Part shown: piece by piece, positions 48,508 through 59,243 of the stretch
Layout: each line of letters begins with the position of its first letter
Position numbering within the stretch: the first letter of the stretch is position 1
Assembly: GCA_011109175.1 (NCBI GenBank)
Contig: RDEW01000016.1
Span: 672,537 to 736,536, forward strand
Reading direction: 5' to 3'
From: Dicyema japonicum
Lineage: Eukaryota > Animalia > Dicyemida
Length of the DNA stretch: 64,000 nucleotides
Made by a program: the position numbers and the translations under genes
The notes under the pieces: model-generated
Told to the model about the DNA's origin: nothing
What the model saw: only the letters and a program-made list of their open reading frames with translations
Database searches by the model: none

Positions 48508-49835
48508 GCCAGAATAGTCCAACTGAACATAAATGGAATCAAGAACAAAATACTCGAACTTCGGACATTTGTGAAAGAAAATCACATTGATCTGTTGCTA
48601 ATTCAAGAATCTAAACTTTCTCCAAAGAATTCAACACCAGTATTTCCGGGATTCACAGTAATTCGCCGTGACAGAATTGGCAAACTTGGTGGGGGTCTCC
48701 GTTTGAGGACTTAACCAACAGTGCTTACACTATGCTTAAAGGATATGGAAATATCAAACTTTTGGTTACCAAAATACAAATCCCAAGACTATCAATAATA
48801 ATTGTCAGCGCATATCTTCCACTGTTGAGTTCCTAATCGTCCAGTGCTCCCAGACTTACTCCTCTCGCATCACTAAAGGATGTGATTATCTGTGGTGACT
48901 TCAATGCGAAGCACCCACTGTGACTGACAGGACAAACCTACGACAAAAGAGGGAAGATGATAATTGAGGACCTACACAGCCTATGTATACTCAACGATCC
49001 TGCATCCCATACAAGAACACCTACTCGAAGTAACGATAAACCTTCTTCTATCGACATCTCACTGTCATCACCGTCCTTGGCCCCTCTTATTGACTGGTTA
49101 GTGAAGTATGACACCAGGAGTGACCACAATCCAATATTTTTGGAGGTCAAAACGAAGTCACGGATAAAAGGACAATGCCCAACAATAACTAACTACAGCC
49201 TTGCGAATTGGAAAGGATTCAAGGAATACGTCGATAATTGTATTGGACTATTAAATTTCCCCACTTTTCCCTCCGTCGAACAATTAGTGAAATGGTTCAA
49301 CTCCATTATAAACGATGCGAAAAAGAAGTACATTCCTATGGGAAGACGACCAACGTCATCAAAACGTTTCAACACAACGACGAAACATCTGATCAGAGAA
49401 CGAAATTATCTAAAGATGGTAAAATCGCCAACAGAAGAGAACATCAGGAAAATACGAGAATTGAACAGAGAGATCGACAACAACATAAAGACAGAAAATG
49501 CAAATAGATGGACGAGACTATCGAAAACTCTCTACAAAAACCCCCCAATGCAAAGAGTGTGGAAGTGGATCAAAAACATCAAAAAATCCTCCCCAGAGAG
49601 AAAAGTCGAAGTCTACATAAAACCAGACACTCTGATAAAATATTACACATCTATATCCTACAGGAAGTTTTCAAAAGAACACCAAGTATTCCTGAAAAAG
49701 ATTGAACCGAAACGCTCCAATGACTGGATCCTATTTACTAGTCAGGATGTTCTCAGAGCCATATCCAAGGCCAACAACTCAGAGGCCAAAGAACCAAACA
49801 CATTGAGTAGACATGTAATAGGATGGATTTCATAG
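48505..49835 (+). mobile_element. I-group LINE APE + linker + start of RT (3'-truncated)
   Basis: QLNINGI..LLIQESK..RRDR..GGGL, CGDFNAKH, SSIDISL..SDHNPI, FTSQDVLRAI..SEAKEPN. Confidence 0.88.
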
Positions 49836-49939
49836 AAAAGGAGTACCGGGATGAAGAGTCTAGGCCTAACAGGCGGACTTGGTAGTACCTATTTCGTAAC
49901 ATGTTGTTAATTAATTTTTCATTTTCAAATAAATAAATC

Positions 49940-50195
49940 AATAATTAGGACTACACAATGGCGAAGGCGTTACCTCTGTTAATCGCCATTTCGAGCCTCA
50001 ACCTGAGTCCCTTTCGTGGCTCGCATCTTTTTGAGGAAGTTTGCTTCCAATGCTGTGGAGAAAGGCGTCCGTCTTCGCGCCTACAGTTCCAGTTGTCTCC
50101 ACAGCAATGGGGGCGAAATGGTAATGGTCTCAGAGGGATTCGTACTTATGGATCTTCTTCACCTCCGCCTAAGGCTGTGTCCATATATAATGCAT
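49940..50195 (-). mobile_element. CRE-clade RLE 3' fragment
   Basis: KIHKYESL.DHYHFAPIAVETTGTVG..LEMAINRGNA. Confidence 0.75.
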
Positions 50196-50219
50196 CTTAA
50201 TTTTTTCTAAGTCCCATTT

Positions 50220-51007
50220 TAAACCTATTTTTTATGGTCCCTACCATTTGGGAGTTCTTTTTAAGATATTTTGTAGTAATATTTTGCATTGGTACCAGTT
50301 CGAGAAATTCTTCATAAATATTAAAATCTGAATCACATGCTCTAACAAAGATTGCTAATTTTTTGCAATTCCAACAACGTCGATTGGTTCATCGATCGCA
50401 ATTGAAAAACTGTAGAATTTTAACAATTCAGACTTTAATTGGTGTTTCAAATTTAAAGACATTCTATTAATGTGTTCGGCAAGTGTTTCTGGTTAATGAA
50501 ATATTTTTAAACAAGTGGGCGTTGTCATAACAAATAATTTTTGCTGTTTTAAATGACATTGTTTGATGAAATAGCCATCGCAATATGATTTTCCACTTAT
50601 TGCAAGCATTTTGCTGATTTCATAGCTTGTAGTAACTGATACATTACTTCGATTGTCATTTTTGTGAAATGAGTTGTAACGTAGTTAAATCTTTTCGCAA
50701 TTCATTTAACTTTAAAACACGCATTGGACCTTCTTGGTTAATAAGCAATTTAATACCTTCTAAATAATTGTATGTTTGATGATTAGATTGGTAATTCTTT
50801 TTTAGGTTGTATTCTTTCGGTATAAACTGGTTACATATCAAACAATGTATTTTTTTATCAAAAATAGACAAGTATAACTTATCTCCGTTCATCGTTCAAA
50901 CACAATTAATTAAAATTAAAAAATAACAAAATGACTTTTTTGTGTTTTATAGCCATTAAATCGGGCCGCACCTATGCTTGTCGAGGACCGCGTGTTTGAC
51001 ACCCCTG
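50220..51007 (-). mobile_element. hAT (SPIN/GTF2IRD2-like) 5' end with TIR
   Basis: terminus CAGGGGTGTCAAAC at 51007-50994; ORF 50656-50892 has CLICNQF..KEYNLKKNYQSNH. Confidence 0.8.
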
Positions 51008-51019
51008 CACAAAAGCAGA

Positions 51020-51500
51020 CTAAAAAAAACGACCTAGCCGGGTGTCCATCTTTTGCTAAGAAGCGGAAACCTTTAGAATAATCTACAAACAACATATCAG
51101 GACCACTTAAGAACCACAAAACCAGACCACCTTTGGCACTTCTTGATACACACAAAGAACTGCTGTATAATAATGCCTACCATAGCAACGTGTTTCGCGA
51201 ACTAGTCAAGAATCCTCAGCCATTTTCTGATAAAACAATGTTAACGGCGATTCATGACCACATCTCCACCGATCTACTGGATGGCCCTTCCCCACTGGTG
51301 GATGACTCAAATATTACTTAGCACAGTTATGTTTTAGACACTTCGTCCTAAGAGAAGAATCGGATTCTTGGACCAATTATAATTGAGAGAAGAATCGGAT
51401 TCTTACACCGGACCAATTATAATTGATTCTACAAGCTTTCACCCGAGACCTCCCTTGAACATCAGAGACCTGTGGAAGCGTCTAGCACTAGCCTCTCCAA
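51020..51500 (+). mobile_element. I-group LINE C-terminal remnant
   Basis: HPRPPLNIRDLWKR resembles the terminal HPT.L...DLW motif of this group. Confidence 0.45.
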
Positions 51501-51849
51501 ACACTTTCAGCAGCCTTAACCTACTTAATAGGTCGAAACACCCTTTAGTCATGTCTTTTGTGCTTATTTTTTTTCAAAGCAACCACATGACCAACTGTCC
51601 CGCGGTAAACCTTTCACTATCCTTAACAAAACAAGAGTTCATATTATGCTCTCCACCACAAATTAGGCAACTTTATGTTTCCTTGCAGAAATTATCAGTA
51701 TTAAGACTAAATACCCTTTCTGTCTTATTATCGTGTAGTCCAAAAAAAATAGCGCCTATATTAGTGCTGATAGTTATTTGACAAACCTGTGGACACTTCC
51801 CCCATGTAAATCAGCACAACCATTCAGACTATCCAAAGCATGACTTAAT

Positions 51850-52627
51850 GGAGCACCATTCCTAGTGGATGAAATAGAAAAACGTTCTCATCCCATGTTT
51901 AGTTTCCATAGAGAAGATTGTAGTCTTGTAGGACATTGGTATGAATCTTAATTACCTCAATGTTAGAATGATGAGTAAAAAGTGAACATCAGTCATTAAA
52001 AAATGAATAAAAATTCTTGGTCTTATTAATGATAGAGCGACCATGTACACCATCAATATGATTGTAAATCATCATAAGTGCAGACATAAAGTATTTACTA
52101 TCAAAGAGTTCCAATGTCATCGCCCGTTCAGACATCTAAAATAACACATACATCCAAACTATAGTCAAACTAAACTTATTCCCACAACAAGTTAATGACA
52201 AATCATGTCCATCATACCCAACAATAATAATATTGGAGTCACACTCTGAGTGACATGACAGATATTCACACACCAAATTGTAGTCTCTGTATCTGAGAGT
52301 AAGAAAATCATATACTTTAAGAATTCTTTCGATTTATCTGTGGCATCGTAAATGTAATCAGTCTTCTCTAAGTGATTGCTTAATTCTGATCGTAAATTAA
52401 ATATATTCTGTGCTTTATTGAAATTATCATTGAATTTGTTGGATATTAGTTTCTCCTGATTGATCACTTCTTCATATTTAATCATCTATATAAAACATTT
52501 ATTTTACGCTTTCTTTTTGTTTTGAGTTTGACTGGGGGGTCATTTCAGAAATGTCAAATATTTTATCTGTTTTATATTTATTAAGTATACCTACGAAATA
52601 TTGTGGATCATACCGTGTATTACACAT
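51850..52627 (-). CDS. unknown multi-exon host gene (3' end uncertain)
   Basis: in-frame splicing through GT-AG introns of 24, 21, 23 and 24 nt: MCNTRYDPQYFVDKIFDISEM..EVINQEKLISNKFNDNFNK..YRDYNLVCEYLSC. Confidence 0.55.
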
Positions 52628-53379
52628 ATTAACTTGCTTTACAAAATTAATATAATAATACCACTAAACAACAAAAAAACAGGCGCCGAATTTATTTATT
52701 AGATTTTTTTATTTTAAAAATATTGCATTAATTTATTGCGATTTTATTAAAAACAAGATAATCATGACATATCTTTTATGAAGACGTTGAGGAATTTGAG
52801 ATACAAGAATTTTGTTACCTAGAACCCTTCTTGATGTTTGATCAAACGCCTTAGTTAGGTCAATCGATGCAAGTATGCCTTAAACCTACCACATTTCAAT
52901 TTATTAAAGAAATTAATCAATTGTGGCAAACTCAATACAAGACACCTACTTTGGTTTACCTCACAATTTTCTGACAACTTTGATTAGTTCATAGTAGTTT
53001 CGACGGCAGGTTCCTCTGTTTTTACGTATATGAATTTAGATTGTTCCAAAATAGGGTGACTTCCGATCTTCCATAACCGCGATAGACATTTAACACGTTT
53101 ATCTTCTTTTTGTTATTAAATTTTCAACATGGAGAGAGAATGACATGTCAAAAATCACTTCAAATATCAATGGAGTAAGGTATATTTTTTAGATGTCCCG
53201 GTGAGTGCGAAAAACCATAACGTATAAAGTTATTCAAAACTTATATATGGTCTAAGTAGGCCTCTCCTTTTTAAAACCATGTTGAAATGACAAACCTTGA
53301 GAAAAACTTTGATTTTTGACAAAACCAGCCTTTCCGGATTTTCGACATAAAAAACGCTAAAGCAAATCATTTTTATTAT

Positions 53380-53760
53380 TATTAATAGCAATTTCCGCGG
53401 AACCAGAAAAGTTAACTAATTTGAGATTCCACTTTTGCCATGCATCTCAGGATACGCGTTATAAGTCGTTTCCATCCTCCCCTGTTTATCGCAACCGCCC
53501 TCAGATCATCCAGATCCTCTCCTGTTTTAAGTTTTCTTCCTATGCAAGTTAGTTTTTTGTCAAGCGTCGACGGCAACGTTGTTCTTTGTCGACTTTGATA
53601 CGTTGCTTTGTTTAATACAGAAAAGTACGATTCCATGGCCTGATTGGCCGGTGCCAATTCCGAAGCTCTTACGATATGTCCAAAGCCATTTCGCCGAAGT
53701 CACTTTATTCCCAATCTTTGTTGCTTGAGTAATTGTGTAGATCTCGTCGTAGGTCAATAC
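53380..53760 (-). mobile_element. short RTE-like LINE 3' part
   Basis: WLWTYRKSFGIGTG is the antisense reading; sense gives APANQAM..LKTGEDLDDLRAVAINRGGWKRLI; (TAA)n tail. Confidence 0.75.
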
Positions 53761-54775
53761 TTTTATTCGTAATGATAAGTCTATACAAAGTCGGGTTCTT
53801 TTTCGTTTTTCTGGGTTTTTAAATAGGACAGAGGTGTGTAAGTTTCCATTGGTTGTATATCCTCGTCAATGAGAGATTCCATAATCATCAAGATTCTTTA
53901 GAGGATCATTGTGATTTTAACAGGTCCTCTCTTTGTGTCACCATCTCTATCTTCGGTGATAAGTTATATATGACCTCAATTCAGACCACAACCTAATTCT
54001 TCTTTGAATCGAACCACTCTCGCCTATTGTTAGGCACTTGAAAACCATAAAAACGTGCAAAATGGAATTCATTAAAAACGGAAAAATTACTAATGAGGAT
54101 AATCTCTGGCTGAAAAATAGTCTCTTTAATTCGATTTCTTTTTTTGACTAAAGCCGACCTTCCATATCCCCTGAAGTAGTTAAGGTGACGTTTAGCCATA
54201 GATCCAAGATAGTGCGGTTTACATATGCGACTATTTTCCGTGGAAGTACTGCAATCGGGTATCGCAGTAGTTTGTTAGTAATGAAGTAAGTTATTATACA
54301 TTAAACACAGCAAATTAAGTTCTGGAAAAGTAATATGAAACGGTAGGGCTTGCCAACCGACTTCTCCCAGACAGTCTCCCGAGAAGTCAGTAAACACATG
54401 GTAATCTCTGAAAAATGTACCAGAAACGTTAATGCGTTAAATGTTAAAAATCTAAACCTAACGTGGAACAATGATCATTATGCAGGTTTTGGATCTGAAG
54501 ATCTAAATATTGGATAAATTGAAAAAGACTCTGCAATTTACTGTTTCGTGTAAAAGAATTGTACGAGCCAAGACCTTCGATTATGTATAAAAGGATAAAT
54601 TATGTCAAAAAGAAGCAATTGCAAAGTTGAAGTGGTTTTTATGTTTTCGTATAAGTTTGGAAGTACTATTAATTTATGGGTTTCAAGAAAGGAGTCTTGT
54701 TAAATTGGTCTGTTTGCACCACTAAAAACAAATTTGAGAATAGTTAAAAAGGAACCAACAAAAGCATAATAGTAA

Positions 54776-57700
54776 CTAAAACTTAAGAGTAGACCACGAC
54801 TTGTCGTTACTAATTTGTTCATTGTGAGGACCAATCAGACACATCCCAACATTTAATGGATTCTTCAAATATCTAATAGTCATTCCCCCAATAACTTATT
54901 AACACAATTAATAATATCATCACGAGTAGTCTCAAATACAAATTCTCTATGCTTTTGAAGCATGTCATCGTCTATTTCCTCCATAAATAGCTTAACTCCC
55001 ATAGATTTCGGGGGAACTGGAGAATCAAGCTGTTTATAATGATAATTAAACTACCTTTTGGAATACCAACAACTTTGCCTCATCAATGTCCTGCTGAGTA
55101 AACGAATTATCATTCAAAACCCATTCGATGGCTTTCTCATAAATATTAAATGTCTCCAATTGATTCGGATCCCTCAAATAAGAATACCACAAACCTATAA
55201 GAATAGAATGAAAATATTGGGGCTTTGAACGCAGACCCACCTCCATAGGCTCCACCTTTTTCACGAATTTCCACATGTAAAAATTTCCATGAAAGCAATT
55301 CTGAGATAATTTCCAATCTAAAATAAAAAATAAAGAAACGTAGCATGATCCCTGTCAGTAAAACCTATAGGGACTTCAATGGCCTTTGCAGCATAACTAA
55401 CATTAAATGGGAGTTCATAGTGGACTTTGTTACTACTATTAGTTTGAGTCCACTACACTAAAAATATAGCAATACGTCAATGTCTTGAAAATAATCAGGT
55501 TTAGGAGATTCTATTATAAGAGGAAGTGATCTTAGGAATGAGTCAACCTTGTACAAACAATTGTCCTTCATATCCTCACTTGTGGTTATTAGAGTTCTAC
55601 ACTCAATAACATTACAAACCTGCAGTCATTTCTGTTGAATACTTTCTTTGCTATTTGTCTTAGCTTTTCGGATATTTGTTGTTTGTCTGTTTGATCTGAT
55701 AGACTCTTTAGGAGAGAAACTAAAGATAATCCCTTTATTAGTTCAGTTTTATGAGAAGCAGGATGAATTAAGGATGATGCACAAAGTTTAGCATAGTGAT
55801 GTCCAGAATAAGTAATAGAATCAGCCATTTCAGTAGCATTAGTCTTTATAATGACTCCTAATCTGTCATAGTCATCCAAAGTAAGTCTAAGTAATAAAAT
55901 CCACTACTCGTTAATAATCTCACTCCAAAAATCAAGACATTTCTCAAAATTACTAACCAAACAGTGATTTCCTAACAAAATGGACTAAATTTAATAATAA
56001 TAATACTAAATGAGCGTTGTCACTAGTAAATGGACAGACATTAATGACACTGGAAACGTTGAAACCAGAGGAAACACTGATTATTTTTAAATCCTGTTCC
56101 TTATAGTCCATTTTGGCAGTCCCCATTCTACAGTAAAAATAGCACAAACTGTGTCATTACATCACACAGAATAGGAAGGTATCTAATTTCTTCTTGTGTT
56201 AGGTGATTACAACCCAACATCATCTTAAAATAAACTAATTCATTGGTGGTAGTATTACAGTAATAAGAATCAACCCCGTCTAATGCTAGTTAATACTTTA
56301 TATACCCATAGAAGCAATAGATATGTCCTGACGGGTCACAGACTTATCAATGTCACCCAAAGAGAGACATGGAAGAACAGACAAATCCTCAGGCTTTGAT
56401 GCTTCTTTCTCTAGTTTTTTGCCTATTATAACAACACGTTAATCACCAATTTCATAGACCTTCTCCCTGCAGCAGTTATTTACTAACAACTCTAATTTAT
56501 CCTGTTCAGCCTTTTTCTCCCTTGCAGGGAAATTCTCATCCACTTTCAAAGTCATAGTAAGCACGTGGGGATTAGTCTCACATTAATTATCAAAAATACC
56601 AAAAAATGGGTTTTAACGAGATCTGTGAGGAAATTTGGATTACTGTTAAGATCCTCTTTGAATTTCCTGATTAAATTATTAATTCTAAAGTATTCGACAA
56701 AATCAGAGCCCAAAGACCAAGGAGTATTCAAACTCTAAAAATAAGAAAATGTTAACATTTAGAAGATTTATTCCAAAGTTTTTAGTTCTATTCTTAACAG
56801 AAAGTTCGAGTGAATTAATAACACTGTCAATTCTCTCTTGAGAGAACCCCTCACTGTATAATATAATATATAACCAACATTGCCACTTTACGGAATGTCT
56901 CTTGTATTATAGATTCCACCTTTTCAGTGTCACTTTCAGCAATTCCTTGAAGACCCACAGAAAAGTAAGAGTCCTTAGTATAATTAGAGAATCTAATATA
57001 TACAAATATTACCCTGAATTCCAACTGTAATCGGAGCCTATCTGAGGACTAATGAGAGATTGATAAAAGGAAGAGCAGGGTCCATTAATTAAGAGCATGG
57101 AGAGGACATCAAAACAAAAGTTTAGGTATACATTAGAATTACTATAATTTTATATTATAATAACTCTGCTAGTAAATAATTCATAGATAATGCTGTCGTC
57201 TTGGTCTGATCTACGGCTAATGGGTCTGGGGCAGCAAATACTGTAATTTTTCTCTTATTTTAAATAAACAGAGAACCGGTATATCCCATTTGTCTACATT
57301 GTTTACATAATAGTTTATATCCTCCTTGTTCATGGAAATGAGCTTTTCATTCACCATTCTAGCCTGAGTCTCCAAAGGAATGTTCCCATACGTTACAATT
57401 CTAAAATTCACAATTCAGATACATAGAATTAGAAGGACGGTAGAACTTTTTATGAAATGAAGTGAGATCCTCGTGTTTTAGATCCATGATATCAATCGGA
57501 ATACCACCACTAGTCCATTTGTATACGTTGCTAGGCATCAGCTCTCTGCAAAGGTTGGATTCGTAAAAGCTTCCCATTGAAGACTATTAATTACAATTTC
57601 TCTTACAAAAACACCCTTCATTTCATTAAACACGACACCCTTTGCCTCAATTTGAGAATTGATATCATCCTTATCACTATTTTCTAGTCGGAACCCTTCT

Positions 57701-58277
57701 TGCCTGTAAAATTAATATAATTGAGTAACCAGTAACTTGATTCACTCAAAAGTGGGTTGAATACTGACTCAAAGTACATATCAAACAAATTCTTAAAGTC
57801 TGTGGCATTTTGAGTTGAGTAGATGTAGCATGTTGTATTATCGGCTATAGTGTCATATAATCATATACAAGTAAATGCATTCATGAATGTTTGCTGAGAC
57901 CGACTCAACATTTTAAAGAAAGGATCCCTCACAGGGTATTTCTTACTACCACACAGAGCAATATGTTCGAGTACATGGGGAACTCCTTTATTATTAGCAG
58001 CAAAAGTCCGAATAGTGATGCTTAATATAAGATAAATAGTACCAGCAAGCATTGTTGGAGTCATCAGAAGCAATGTGGAGGAAGTCGGCTCCACTTTTAT
58101 CATGTTTGAATAAATGTGAAGTAATTCCCAATTCTTTTATATCAACAGACTTTGATAAAACAAACTATTACCTTTTTATGACTAAATCCATCAATTGTGT
58201 GCATTCTAAATTTAATCCTAACAATAATAATCAAACACACACCTGTTTGTCAAATAATAAAGTCTACTTAAAAGCAT
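54776..58277 (-). CDS. PITRM1: mitochondrial presequence protease (M16C), multi-exon
   Basis: transit-peptide-like [44 protein letters not shown] (HxxEH), [24 protein letters not shown], ends KSWSTLKF*; introns of 22-26 nt checked. Confidence 0.95.
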
Positions 58278-58409
58278 GGTTTATAATAACAATTTAAATA
58301 ATAATTTTAAATATAATTTATCAATTGTATATTTCCTTACTCATGCTGACACTTAGTAATTTATTAACATATAATAGACATTAAAACCAATTTGTGGTTG
58401 GTTGAATGT

Positions 58410-58760
58410 CACGTAACCGGACCCCTAAAGATCATGCAAATAAATATAAACGGGATCAATTGTAAGATTATCGAACTTAGTTGTATACTCAGTTATCCGC
58501 AAAGATAGATGTGGAAAACTTGGGGGAGGCTTACTAACTATCATACGAAACGGGATCCCTTATGAAGATATCACCAAATACGTCTACAACCGCCTCCAAA
58601 ACCATGAAAGTATCGAATTTCTGGCCATAAAAATCCAACTACCAAGGTTACGTCTTACTCTGATCAATTCATATCTACCTCCTTCATCATTAGCTACTTG
58701 CCCAAAAGTTTCGTCGATCAGCTCACTAAAGAACGTTTTTTTGCGGTGACCTAAATACAC
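58410..58760 (+). mobile_element. I-group APE fragment
   Basis: GPLKIMQININGI, RKDRCGKLGGGLL, LINSYLPP. Confidence 0.7.
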
Positions 58761-59243
58761 CTAACCACTGTGCCACCAAGAAAAGTCTAAGTATGTATAA
58801 AATAATCAATACTTTGTTACTTAATGTTTAAAACTTACATTTTGAATTAAAAGGTATATAAGCATTTCTAAACATTAATTTTTGGCAATGTTACTGTTAT
58901 GTCGCTTCACGGTTAAGTCCTATAAAATGTACTGGTGAATTAACATAGATAACTTGTGCACACAAAAACAGTTTTTAATTGTATAATTCGTCTAAGAACA
59001 TATGAAAGTAACTATTCAATAGGTTCCACTGTAAAATACTATTCAATCTTCGTTTTTATCTTGTCAGATGATCAACAGTAAAAATATCTGGAAAACTCAG
59101 TTACGTAAAAACTAATATCACTATACAGCTGAACTTGAGTTTTATTTCTTTTTAAATATGCATGCACTCGAATTCACGATTACACAGTATATAATTAATT
59201 TTATAAGCAAAGAATTTATTCAAGAAAGAAAATAGAGTAACGC

